64,000 nt of DNA from Anaerolineae bacterium (GCA_049975525.1 JBNGCW010000003.1:31779-95778), one strand, 5' to 3'. Shown: positions 46,555 to 55,919, numbered from the stretch's first letter. Numbers and translations: made by a program. Notes: generated from the sequence alone by a model not told the origin.

Positions 46555-46731
46555 TCGGTTAGTCACTTAGTCAGGTAGTCAAGTAGTCGTTTAGTCGGAT
46601 GGTCGCTACTACCAGACTATCAGACTACCTGACTATTGGACTATCAGACTACCGGACTACCAGACTACACGACTACCGGACTACACGACTACCAGACCAC
46701 AGGACTACTAGACTATGAGACTAAAAGACTC
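46544..46731. repeat. Foldback array of 8-bp units: 8 x TAGTCnnn then 16 x GACTAnnn
   Basis: Strict 8-bp period; overlaps the stop of the upstream gene and the first codons of the downstream gene. Confidence 0.92.
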
Positions 46732-47446
46732 TGTCGTGCTTATCACTGGCGGCGCGGTGCGCGTAGGACGGGCGGTGGGCCTCTACCTGGCCGAACGCGG
46801 CGCGCACATCGCCTTCAGCTACTATCTGGAGGACGAACCCTGGCAAGCGACGCTGGACGAGATCAAGGCCCACGGCGTGGACGCCATCGCCGTCCAGGCC
46901 GCCGTCGAAGACGCTGATTCTGTCCGGCATCTAGTGGACGTCACCCTGGAGCACTTTGGGCGCATCGACGTACTGCTCAACAACGCCTCGGTCTGGCTGA
47001 AATCGCCCCTGCTGGAACTGAGCGAGGAAGAGTGGGACCGCGCGTTGAACGTCAACCTCAAAGGGCCGTTCCTCTGCAGCAAAGTCGTCGCGCCCATCAT
47101 GTTGGCGCAGGAACGCGGCCTGATCCTCAATATCACCGACATCTCCGCCTTCCAGGTGTGGGAGGGCTACGCCCATCACGCCGCCAGCAAAGCGGGCCTG
47201 GTCTCACTGACCAAATCGCTGGCCGTGGAACTGGCGCCGTACGTGCGCGTCAACGCCATCGCGCCGGGCACCGTGCTCCTGCCGGAGGATTGTCCTCCCG
47301 AAAAGGAGGTCTGGGCCAAAGAAAAGTCGCTGCTGGGGCGCATTGGCTGCCCGGAGGACGTGGCGCGCACCGTCGCTTTCCTCATGGAATCGGATTTCAC
47401 CACCGGCAGCGTCTATTTTGTGGATGGGGGACGCGCGCTGGTATGA
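46715..47446 (+). CDS. SDR, pteridine reductase (FolM/PTR1)-like
   Basis: TGGAVRVG, NNAS, ILNITD, RVNAIAPG; HAASK in place of YxxxK. Confidence 0.8.
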   Translation: MRLKDSVVLITGGAVRVGRAVGLYLAERGAHIAFSYYLEDEPWQATLDEIKAHGVDAIAVQAAVEDADSVRHLVDVTLEHFGRIDVLLNNASVWLKSPLLELSEEEWDRALNVNLKGPFLCSKVVAPIMLAQERGLILNITDISAFQVWEGYAHHAASKAGLVSLTKSLAVELAPYVRVNAIAPGTVLLPEDCPPEKEVWAKEKSLLGRIGCPEDVARTVAFLMESDFTTGSVYFVDGGRALV

Positions 47447-48723
47447 GCAGCATCCTCATCCGCGACGGCGCGGTGCTGACCGAGGCGGGCTGGATCCAGC
47501 CGGGCTACGTGGAGATCGCCGGAGCGACCATCGCAGCGCTGGGTGAAGGCTCGCCGCCGGACGCGGTCGTCGCGCGGGCGGAGACGGTTATCAACGCGCG
47601 GCATCGCGCCGTGCTGCCCGGGTTGATCAACGCGCACACGCACCTCAGCCAGACCTTGATGCGCGGTCTGGCCGGCGGTCGCCCGCTGCTGCCCTGGCTC
47701 CGCGAACTGATCTGGCCGCTACAGCGCGCTCTCACGCCTGAGGACCTGCGTCTCGCGGCGTTGCTGGGTCTGGTGGAGAATCTGCGCTGTGGCGCGACCC
47801 ACGTCATCGACCACCACAAGGTCGCCACGTCGCCCGCGCATACCGACGCCGTCTGCGAGGCAGCGGAAGAAGTTGGCCTGCGCCTGACGCTGGCGCGCGC
47901 CTGGTCCGATCAGGGCAAGAACGCCGAAGCGCCCGACGTCCTCCTGGCGGATCTGGAGCGGCTCTTCGAACAGTGGGCCGGACACGACCGCCTGCGCGCC
48001 GCCAACGGTCCCCTGGCGCTCTGGCGCTGCTCTGCACAGACGCTGCAGCGTGCCCACAGGCTGGCCCGTCGTTACGGCAGCGTCACCCACGCCCATGTGG
48101 CCGAGACCGAGGACGAGGTGCGCATGTCGCTGGACGAACACGATCTGCGTCCCGTCGCCTGGCTGAACGAGATCGGCGTGCTGGATGAAGCAACGCAGAT
48201 CGTCCACGCCGTCTGGGTGGACGCGGACGAGATCGCACTGCTGGCAGAAAGCGGCGCGACGGTCGTGCACTGTCCCGTGAGCAACGCCGTGCTGGGATCG
48301 GGGATTGCGCCGGTCGCGGCGCTACAGGCGCACGGCGTGCGACTCCGCCTGGGCACCGATGGACCCGCCAGCAACGACACGCAAGACCTCTTCGAGACGC
48401 TGAAGGCCGCCCTCGGCTTTGCGCGCGCGACGACGCGCGACGCGACGGTGCTCCCCCCACAAGCGGCGCTCCGGCTCGCCACCGGCGGACGGACGCTGGC
48501 GCCGGGCGTCGTCGCCGACGTCATCGTCGTCAACCTCGATCACGCCCGCGCCATGCCCGTGCACGACGTGGACTCGGCGTTGGCGCTGAGCACCCACGGC
48601 AGCGACGTGGAGACCGTCATCGTCGGCGGAGACCTGCTGATGCACGAGGGGCACGTCCTCGTGGTGGATGAAGTCGCCCTGCTGGCGGAGTGCCGGCAAG
48701 CGATCAGGCGACTGCAAACCTAA
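47443..48723 (+). CDS. Amidohydrolase, MtaD/deaminase-like
   Basis: PGLINAHTH, HAHVAET, HCPVSN..LGSG, LGTDGPASN; ATGA overlap with the SDR gene. Confidence 0.88.
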   Translation: MSSILIRDGAVLTEAGWIQPGYVEIAGATIAALGEGSPPDAVVARAETVINARHRAVLPGLINAHTHLSQTLMRGLAGGRPLLPWLRELIWPLQRALTPEDLRLAALLGLVENLRCGATHVIDHHKVATSPAHTDAVCEAAEEVGLRLTLARAWSDQGKNAEAPDVLLADLERLFEQWAGHDRLRAANGPLALWRCSAQTLQRAHRLARRYGSVTHAHVAETEDEVRMSLDEHDLRPVAWLNEIGVLDEATQIVHAVWVDADEIALLAESGATVVHCPVSNAVLGSGIAPVAALQAHGVRLRLGTDGPASNDTQDLFETLKAALGFARATTRDATVLPPQAALRLATGGRTLAPGVVADVIVVNLDHARAMPVHDVDSALALSTHGSDVETVIVGGDLLMHEGHVLVVDEVALLAECRQAIRRLQT

Positions 48724-48781
48724 CTGCAGAAACACTGAATGTATTCCATACAGTAAGTTACGCCAAATAGGACAAAATTGA

Positions 48782-48845
48782 GTCAACGGATTAAGCGGAT
48801 TCAACAGATTCTCCCTAATCCGTCTCATCCGTTCAATCCGTTGAC
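48782..48845. repeat. Foldback array of 9-bp units (AACGGATT / AATCCGTT)
   Basis: GTCAACGGATTAAGCGGATTCAACAGATT..AATCCGTCTCATCCGTTCAATCCGTTGAC. Confidence 0.8.
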
Positions 48846-48899
48846 AGTTTGGCGACCTGACCAAAAGACTACGACGCTATTTTCAGAGGATTAGATCAA

Positions 48900-49970
48900 A
48901 TGAATTCACGCGAGCGCGTACGGCGCTTAATCAACCGCGAGCCGGCGGATCGGATCGCCATCTTCGACTCATTCTGGACTCAGACCCTGGTGGATTTCCG
49001 CGCGCAGGGTATGCCGGCGGACGTCTGGCCCGAGGATTACTTCGACTTTGACATCGGCATGGTCTGGTTCGAGCAGTCCTTTCTGCTGCCTCAAGAGGTC
49101 GTCGAAGCAAACGAAGACTACCGTATCGTCCGCGACGACTGGGGCACGCTCAACAAGGAGTTCCGCGAGGCGCAGACGACGCCGGGCCTGCTGGGCTTCG
49201 CCATCGAGACGCGGGCGCAGTGGGAGGAGTACCAGCCGCTGCTGGCCTACGATCCGGCGATGCGCATCGAGTGGGAGCCTTTTGAGGCGCGCTACCGGCA
49301 CTTCCGCGAGCGGGACCGCTACGTCGTGCTCTCCATGCTCGATCCCTTCGAATGCACGTGGCATAAGGTCGGCCCGGAAAAGCAGCTGATGCTGACGATC
49401 CAGGACCCGGCGTGGCTGCAGGAGATGTACGCCGCCGACGTGCAGCTGATCAGCGACGCCTGGCGCGACCTGCAGAGGCGCGGTATCCAGCCGGACGCAC
49501 TCTGGCTCTATGGCGACATCGCCTACAACAAGGGCATGCTCTTCTCGCCCCGCCATTACCGTGAGCTTCTGCTGCCCTTCCACCGCCGGCTTTGCGAACT
49601 GGCCCACGCCGACGGCGCCCAGGTGATCTACCATAGCGACGGCGATCTCACCAGGGCCGTGCCGCTGCTCATCGAGGCGGGCGTGGATTGCATCCAGCCC
49701 ATGGAGGTCAAGGCGGGCATGGACGTCTTGGCCCTCAAGGAAGCCTACGGCGATCAGCTGGCCTTCATGGGCAACATCGACGCGCGGCTCTTCCAAGATA
49801 ACGACCGCGAGGGGTTGAAGGCTGAGATCCAGCGGAAGGTTCCGGCGGCTATGGCGGGCGGGGGCTACATCTACCACAGCGACCACTCCATCCCGCCGGG
49901 CGCCACGCTGGAGATCTACGAATACGCGCTCTCGTTGGTGCGGGACATCGGACGGTACACAAAGCTATAG
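48900..49970 (+). CDS. Uroporphyrinogen decarboxylase-fold protein (MtaA/CmuA superfamily)
   Basis: MNSRERV..EPADR, GDIAYNKGMLFSP, HSDG, GNID, GGGYI..DHSIP. Confidence 0.82.
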   Translation: MNSRERVRRLINREPADRIAIFDSFWTQTLVDFRAQGMPADVWPEDYFDFDIGMVWFEQSFLLPQEVVEANEDYRIVRDDWGTLNKEFREAQTTPGLLGFAIETRAQWEEYQPLLAYDPAMRIEWEPFEARYRHFRERDRYVVLSMLDPFECTWHKVGPEKQLMLTIQDPAWLQEMYAADVQLISDAWRDLQRRGIQPDALWLYGDIAYNKGMLFSPRHYRELLLPFHRRLCELAHADGAQVIYHSDGDLTRAVPLLIEAGVDCIQPMEVKAGMDVLALKEAYGDQLAFMGNIDARLFQDNDREGLKAEIQRKVPAAMAGGGYIYHSDHSIPPGATLEIYEYALSLVRDIGRYTKL

Positions 49971-49979
49971 GAGAGAGTC

Positions 49980-51446
49980 ATGCGCGTTTTGTACATCGAT
50001 ATCGACACGCTGCGTCCCGACCACCTCGGCTGTTACGGCTATCACCGTGAGACCAGCCCCAACATCGACGCTTTGGCTGATGCAGGCGTGCGGTTCGACA
50101 ACTGCTACAACACCGACGCGCCCTGTCTGCCCTCGCGCACAGCGCTGTGGAGTGGGCGCTTTGGCTTTCACACCGGCGTCGTCAACCACGGCGGCACAGC
50201 AGCCGAGCCGTTTATCGAAGGCCCGGACCGTGGTTTCCGTGACACCTTCGACGCGAGCAGCTGGATGCGCGCGCTGCGCGACGTCGGCCTGCGCACCGTC
50301 ACCGTCAGCCCCTTTGGCGAGCGCCACGCGGCCTGGCACTGGTACGCGGGCTATTCGGAGGTCTACAACCCCGGCAAAGGCGGCATGGAACTGGCCGACG
50401 ACGTGACGCCGCTGGCGTTGGATTGGATCGAGCGGAACGCCGCCAGCGACGACTGGTTTCTGCACGTGAACTACTGGGACCCGCACACACCCTATCGCAC
50501 ACTGGCGGACTTCGGCGATCCCTTTGCTGAGGAGCCGCTGCCCGCCTGGCTGACTGAGGAAGTGCGTCAGCGCAGCTGGGAGGGGTACGGACCGCACAGC
50601 CCACAGGAGCCGCATGGCTGGGGCCGCGAGACGTTCTATCAGGACTATCCGCGCATACCAGCCCAACTGGATTCCATGGCGGCGGTGAAGCAGTGGATCG
50701 ACGGCTACGACACCGGCATCCGCTACGCCGACGCGCACGTGGGACGGTTGCTCAATGCGCTGGCTGATGTGGGCGTCCTTGATGAGACCATCGTCATGCT
50801 CAGCGCCGACCACGGTGAGAACCAGGGCGAGCTTAACATCTGGGGTGACCATCAGACCGCCGACGTGCTCACCTGCCGCGTGCCGCTCATCGTGCGCTGG
50901 CCCGGGCTGACGGACGCACCCCGCGTGGATCGCGCGCTGCACTACCACTTCGACTGGGCCGCGACGCTCGTCGAGCTGCTCGGCGGTGAGATCCCCGGCA
51001 ACTGGGACGCGGCACCGTTCACGGAGACCTTTCGGCGCGGCGAGGTGGCCTCAGGCCGCCCCTACCTGGTCATCAGCCAGAACGCCTGGTCCTGCCAGCG
51101 CGGCGTGCGCTTCGACGACTATCTCTGCATCCGCACCTACCACGACGGTTACAAGCAACTGGCGCCGGTGATGCTCTTCGATCTGACGGAAGATCCCCAC
51201 GAGCAGCACAACCTCGCCGCCGAGCGCCCGGACGTGGTCAACCGCGCCATGGGCATGCTGGCGGACTGGCATCACGAGATGGTGACGACGGCGGGCCACG
51301 GCGTCGATCCCATGCAGACGGTGCTGCACGAGGGCGGCCCGTATCACGTCCGAGGCGAGTTATCCGCTTACCTGAGGCGCCTGCGTGCCACCGGTCGTGC
51401 CCACCACGCCAAGATGCTCGCTCACCTTCATCCGCACGAACCCTAA
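49980..51446 (+). CDS. Cys-type (FGly) sulfatase
   Basis: [31 protein letters not shown]. Confidence 0.92.
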   Translation: MRVLYIDIDTLRPDHLGCYGYHRETSPNIDALADAGVRFDNCYNTDAPCLPSRTALWSGRFGFHTGVVNHGGTAAEPFIEGPDRGFRDTFDASSWMRALRDVGLRTVTVSPFGERHAAWHWYAGYSEVYNPGKGGMELADDVTPLALDWIERNAASDDWFLHVNYWDPHTPYRTLADFGDPFAEEPLPAWLTEEVRQRSWEGYGPHSPQEPHGWGRETFYQDYPRIPAQLDSMAAVKQWIDGYDTGIRYADAHVGRLLNALADVGVLDETIVMLSADHGENQGELNIWGDHQTADVLTCRVPLIVRWPGLTDAPRVDRALHYHFDWAATLVELLGGEIPGNWDAAPFTETFRRGEVASGRPYLVISQNAWSCQRGVRFDDYLCIRTYHDGYKQLAPVMLFDLTEDPHEQHNLAAERPDVVNRAMGMLADWHHEMVTTAGHGVDPMQTVLHEGGPYHVRGELSAYLRRLRATGRAHHAKMLAHLHPHEP

Positions 51447-51515
51447 CTCATGGCTCCCACAATCATCCCGCACCACGCACTTGACTCATGAAGCGCAGTG
51501 GGCACTAGACCGACC

Positions 51516-52688
51516 ATGAATGCTCCGACCGCCTTCCACATCATGACCAAGCCTATCGGACCGACGTGCAACCTCGACTGCGCGTACTGTTACTATCTTT
51601 CTAAGACCCGGCTCTACCCGGATACGACGGACTTTCGCATGTCCGACGCCGTGCTCGAATCCTTTACGCGCCAGTATATCCAGGCGCAGCGTGTCCCGGC
51701 GGTGACCTTTGGCTGGCAGGGCGGCGAGCCGACGCTGCTGGAGCTCGATTTTTTCGAGCGCGCCCTGGCGTATCAGGCCAACTATCGGCGCCCCGGCATG
51801 CGCGTCATCAACACCCTGCAGACCAACGGGACGTTACTTGATGATGTGTGGGGTTGCTTCTTCAAGCGGCACACCTTTCTGGTCGGCCTGAGCCTCGACG
51901 GGCCCCGCGATCTCCACAACGCCTACCGGCGCACCAGGAACGGCGCGCCGACCTTCGCGCAGGTTATGGACGGCTTGGACGTGCTCAAGCGGTACGACGT
52001 GGCGTTCAACGTACTGGCGACCGTCCATGCAGCCAATGCGCCGCACCCTCTGGAGACGTACCGCTTTCTGCGCGACGAGGTCGGCGCCAAATACATGCAG
52101 TTCATCCCCATTGTGCAGCAACGAGCGGACGGCGGCCTCACGGAGCGCTCGGTCACGGCGCAGCAGTACGGCGCGTTTCTAACCGCGATCTTCGACGAGT
52201 GGGCACAACGGGATCTGGGCACCGTCTCCGTCCAGATCTTCGACGTGGCGATCTCCGTAGCATTGGGGCGCCCGCCGGGCCTCTGCGTCTTCTCGGAGAC
52301 CTGTGGCACGGCCCTCGCGCTGGAGCACAACGGCGATCTCTATGCCTGCGATCACGTCGTCGACGCCCGGCACCGCCTGGGCAACATCACCAGGACGTCA
52401 CTGGTGGAGCTGGTCGGTTCGGCGAAGCAGCGCGCCTTCGGAAAGGCGAAAGCCGATCTGCCGGACATCTGCCAGACCTGCGACGTGCGCTATCTCTGTC
52501 ACGGCGGCTGTCCGAAAAACCGGTTGCCCGCCTCACCTGGCGAACCGCCGCTTAACGTGCTCTGTGCGGGCTACAAAGCGTTTTTCCGGCACATCGAACG
52601 GCCCGTCAACATCATCGCGCGGCAGATGCGCCAACGGCGGTCGCTCCCTGCGATGCGTCGGCGGATGCAACGCTATTTCACGTCATAA
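51516..52688 (+). CDS. Anaerobic sulfatase-maturating radical SAM/SPASM enzyme
   Basis: KP..CNLDCAYCYY, WQGGEP, CVFSETC, YACDH, CxxCxxxxxCHGGCPKN. Confidence 0.92.
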   Translation: MNAPTAFHIMTKPIGPTCNLDCAYCYYLSKTRLYPDTTDFRMSDAVLESFTRQYIQAQRVPAVTFGWQGGEPTLLELDFFERALAYQANYRRPGMRVINTLQTNGTLLDDVWGCFFKRHTFLVGLSLDGPRDLHNAYRRTRNGAPTFAQVMDGLDVLKRYDVAFNVLATVHAANAPHPLETYRFLRDEVGAKYMQFIPIVQQRADGGLTERSVTAQQYGAFLTAIFDEWAQRDLGTVSVQIFDVAISVALGRPPGLCVFSETCGTALALEHNGDLYACDHVVDARHRLGNITRTSLVELVGSAKQRAFGKAKADLPDICQTCDVRYLCHGGCPKNRLPASPGEPPLNVLCAGYKAFFRHIERPVNIIARQMRQRRSLPAMRRRMQRYFTS

Positions 52689-52715
52689 GCCTGGAAGACT
52701 CTGCTGAAAAAAACT

Positions 52716-53405
52716 TCATCGCCGACGGCCTACGGGCATGAGATAGAGCGGTCGCTCATCGTCGGATAGGCCCACAACGCGCTGCACCTCGTTGTCGTCG
52801 AAGGCGCCCACGGCGACGGTACCCAACTCCAGGGCCGTGGCCTGCAGGTAGACGTTTTGTGAGGCATGTCCCGCTTCCATGTGGACGTACTGTCGTCCCC
52901 GAGTACCGTATTTCCCTGTCGTACGCTCGTAGACCGCCGCGAAGACCAGCACCACGGCACCCTCCTCTACCCAGGCCTGACCCAGGGCGGCGCGGCTCAG
53001 TGCGGCCCGCACGTCGGATCTCTTGACTTGTGTCAGCGCGTGCGCGGCGGGATCGTAGTGATAAACGCCGGCATCCAGTTCTTCCACGTCGCCGACCACC
53101 GCGTAAAGCTCCAGCGGATAGAGGGCGCCGGCGGAAGGCGCCGTGCGGTAACGCCGGTTCGCGCCGCTGATCCCTTGGGCAGCCCAAAGCAGCTGGCCGA
53201 GATCCGCCAGTGAGAGCGGTTGCCGGGCGTAAGATCGAACGGAGCGACGTGCTGCCAGCGCGGCTTCCACGGAGAGATCGCCCTCCAGACGGGGGTCCGG
53301 TAGGGGGAAGGATGTCGTCGAGGAGAGAGTTGCACGAGAACTGTCCCCGCTTGAGGTGCACGCAGAAGCCGAAAGGAGCAAAAAGATGGATACCCCAACG
53401 TTCAT
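52716..53405 (-). CDS. SagB/ThcOx-type nitroreductase family protein, possible lipoprotein
   Basis: RRSVR, QLLWAAQG, RTAPSAGALYPLE, EAGHASQN; start uncertain (53405-53447). Confidence 0.88.
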   Translation of the reverse strand: MNVGVSIFLLLSASACTSSGDSSRATLSSTTSFPLPDPRLEGDLSVEAALAARRSVRSYARQPLSLADLGQLLWAAQGISGANRRYRTAPSAGALYPLELYAVVGDVEELDAGVYHYDPAAHALTQVKRSDVRAALSRAALGQAWVEEGAVVLVFAAVYERTTGKYGTRGRQYVHMEAGHASQNVYLQATALELGTVAVGAFDDNEVQRVVGLSDDERPLYLMPVGRRR

Positions 53406-53514
53406 GAGTCTGTTCCCATCTCTAGGGTTCGTTCCAAACATGTTCACCAGCTTTCCTTATGGTGGGGTGGTTTTGAGGCATGTGGAACGTCTGACTGCCC
53501 ATAAACTTGAACCC

Positions 53515-54120
53515 CTACGTCAGTTTTTGCTCCTCGATGAGCGCCAGATCCTCCGGGAGATCGGCGTCGAAAGCCAGGGTGGGGATGCGGCAGATGGTGG
53601 GATGGACCCCGCGCGCTTCGGCCAACGCCAGATGGCGATGGAAGGAATCGGGTCCATAGCAAAAGGGCATAAAGCGCGGGGGGCTGAGCAGCAGGACATT
53701 GGTGCCGCGCTCGCGGTGGTCGGGGACGAGGACGACACTCGGCGGGGGCAGTGCAGCGTCCAGGACGGCCTCGACGTTGGACGCCTCCAGCAACGGAAGA
53801 TCTCCGGGCACGATGAGCACGCCAGTCGCGCCCTGGGCCTGGGCCTCGGTCGCAGCGCGGGTCAAAGAGACGTTCAGTCCCGGCGCTCGTGGCTCGGGCA
53901 GGAGGTGCGCGTCGTGTTCGCGGGCTACGGTCGCCACCTCAGCGTCGGCGCTGACGACCAGGACGCGCGCCAGGCCTTCGACGTCACGAAGCACGGTGAG
54001 GGTGTGACGCAGCAGCGTCAACACCAGGTGGCGGCGCGCTGTGGGATCGAGCGCGGGCGCCAGGCGCGATTTGGCCTGGGCGAGGGGTTTGATGGGGACG
54101 ATAGCCCAGACGCGCTGCAT
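53515..54120 (-). CDS. cofC: 2-phospho-L-lactate/PEP guanylyltransferase
   Basis: IVPIK..AKSRL, GLN, GDLP, GTN, YGPDSFHRH, DADLPEDL. Confidence 0.9.
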   Translation of the reverse strand: MQRVWAIVPIKPLAQAKSRLAPALDPTARRHLVLTLLRHTLTVLRDVEGLARVLVVSADAEVATVAREHDAHLLPEPRAPGLNVSLTRAATEAQAQGATGVLIVPGDLPLLEASNVEAVLDAALPPPSVVLVPDHRERGTNVLLLSPPRFMPFCYGPDSFHRHLALAEARGVHPTICRIPTLAFDADLPEDLALIEEQKLT

Positions 54121-54129
54121 CGCCGGGCC

Positions 54130-55080
54130 CTACAGCAGGGAGAGCGCAAAAGCCAGCACGTCGCGCGCCACCGGGAGACGTCTCTCCGGGTCTACCATCA
54201 GCGTGGGCATGGCCCGCGCTGCCATGCCCAGCGCCTCGACCTGAGGCACCAGCTCGGCGTCCACGGTGTCCAGCACAAAGCCGCTCAGGAGATCCTGATA
54301 GTGTTGCGCCACGGCGACCGCCGAAGGCGCCGAGCCCAGTTCGCGGAACATCTTGGCGGCCGGGCCTTTGACGACCTCCCCGCCCAAGATTGGGCTGACG
54401 GCAACGGTGGGATGGGCGGCCATCCGCGCGCGCACTCCCGGCAGCGAGAGAATGGGATCGATACTGACAAAGGGATTTGAGGGGCAAAGCACGATGAGAT
54501 CCGCTTGGTCTAGGGCCGCTTCTACGGCGGGCGTGGGGTGTGCGTCCTCGGGGTTTTCCCAGCGGAAGCCGTAGACGAGAGGCTCGCAGCGGCGTTTGAC
54601 AAAATACTCCTGAAAGGCCAGATCGCCCTCGTCGGAGAGAACGCGGGTGCGGTAGGGCGCATCGGTCATCGGCAGCAGGGTGGGCCCCACCCCCAGGGCT
54701 TCGGCGAGGAGGCGCGTCACCTCGGTGAGAGAGAGGCCCTCTCGGAGTCCCTGCGTGCGCCGCAGGTGCGTCGCCAGATCGCGGTCGCCCAGGCGAAACC
54801 ACGTCGGGCCGCCGAGCGCCTCCATGGCCTCCAGACAGTGAAAGGTTTCGTCGATGCGCCCCCAGCCCGTTTCGGGGTTCGCTACGCCGCCGAGGGTGTA
54901 CATGACCGTGTCCAGGTCGGGGCAGATGGTCAACCCCCAGTGTTCAAAGTCGTCGCCGGTATTGACGACGACGCTGAGTCGTTCCGGCGGTAGTATCTGC
55001 GCCAGGCCGTGCGCCAGCCGGGCGCCGCCGACGCCGCCCGCCAGGGCGACGACGTTGAGATCTTCGGGTATCTGTGTCAC
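54130..55080 (-). CDS. cofD: 2-phospho-L-lactate transferase (CofD/FbiA)
   Basis: LAGGVGGA, NTGDD, CPDLDT, WFRLGDRD, FQEYFV, PSNPFVSI, KGPA; start set at GTG 55080. Confidence 0.93.
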   Translation of the reverse strand: MTQIPEDLNVVALAGGVGGARLAHGLAQILPPERLSVVVNTGDDFEHWGLTICPDLDTVMYTLGGVANPETGWGRIDETFHCLEAMEALGGPTWFRLGDRDLATHLRRTQGLREGLSLTEVTRLLAEALGVGPTLLPMTDAPYRTRVLSDEGDLAFQEYFVKRRCEPLVYGFRWENPEDAHPTPAVEAALDQADLIVLCPSNPFVSIDPILSLPGVRARMAAHPTVAVSPILGGEVVKGPAAKMFRELGSAPSAVAVAQHYQDLLSGFVLDTVDAELVPQVEALGMAARAMPTLMVDPERRLPVARDVLAFALSLL

Positions 55081-55090
55081 GTTCACCTCA

Positions 55091-55723
55091 CTATGTGTTG
55101 TCATACCAGCGGACGACGTCCGACAGCGGCCTGCGGGCTTTCTCGGCCGGGGGCGGCTCATCGGGATGACCCAGGAGGATCAACCCCTGCGGCTCCCACG
55201 TTTTCGGCAGGGTCAGCGTCTGCCGCACCGTCTCCGGGCAGAAGCGTGGTGCGCAGAGCCAGACGCCGCCCAATCCTGCCGCGTGGGCTGCCAGCAGCAG
55301 CTGCCCGCCCGCCAGCGCAACACTCTGCACCGCCATGTCGCGCTCGGCGGCCTGCCGGCGGGTGTCGGGGTAGCGGTCCATGTTCGCCATGCTCAGGGAG
55401 AGTACGATGACCACGGGGGCGTCGCCGATCGTCTGTATCGAGGCGCTGACCAGGGCGTCCACACGGGCCGGCGGCACACCGTCGGCCTCCAGGTCTCGCC
55501 GGAAGTCGGCGGCCATGGCCTGGGCGAGGCGCCGGCGCACGGCCGGCGTCGTTAACACGGCGAAGCGCCAGGGTTGGGCGTTGTGCGCCGAAGGGGCCAG
55601 CGTCGCCAGCTCCAGGAGTTGGCGTACCAACGATCGGAGGACGGGATCGGGGCGGAAACGGCGGACCGAGTGGCGTGTACGCAGCAGCTGTTCAAACGTT
55701 GTCATATCCATCATGGGTGTCAT
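55091..55723 (-). CDS. Nitroreductase, FbiB C-terminal-like (dehydro-F420-0 reductase candidate)
   Basis: RHSVRRF, APSAHNAQPWRF, DLEADG, YPDTRRQAAE; first gene of the cofDC operon. Confidence 0.85.
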   Translation of the reverse strand: MTPMMDMTTFEQLLRTRHSVRRFRPDPVLRSLVRQLLELATLAPSAHNAQPWRFAVLTTPAVRRRLAQAMAADFRRDLEADGVPPARVDALVSASIQTIGDAPVVIVLSLSMANMDRYPDTRRQAAERDMAVQSVALAGGQLLLAAHAAGLGGVWLCAPRFCPETVRQTLTLPKTWEPQGLILLGHPDEPPPAEKARRPLSDVVRWYDNT

Positions 55724-55757
55724 CCTACCATAAAACGACGTTCAGAAAAGCGATGTT

Positions 55758-55876
55758 GACTCTACTGAAAAACCTTTTTCAGTAGAGAAAGGGATACTAT
55801 ATCTCGTGGTTGGGTGCAGTCCAACCACAACATATACCCCATATTTTCTTTGGCTGACCCTTTTTTCAGGGCAGCC
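55758..55876. mobile_element. Family-B MITE variant with tandem NrdR-like boxes
   Basis: GACTCTACTGAAA...TTTCAGGGCAGCC; ATACTATATCTCGTGG (55794) and CCACAACATATACCCC (55825). Confidence 0.7.
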
Positions 55877-55919
55877 AAGATTTGTTAGCAAGGCTTTGCC
55901 ATGGTATATCTTCTCCCAT

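Noticed and set aside
46544-46731. CRISPR array, or the repetitive ORF 46636-46917 (MDYQTTGL...)
   Set aside because: The period is only 8 bp, with no 25-40 bp repeats, unique spacers or cas genes; the ORF is a by-product of the repeat and overlaps the SDR gene out of frame
51516-53447. RiPP cluster (SPASM radical SAM + SagB dehydrogenase)
   Set aside because: The radical SAM enzyme has anSME motifs and follows a Cys-type sulfatase; there is no YcaO, RRE or precursor peptide; the two genes are convergent
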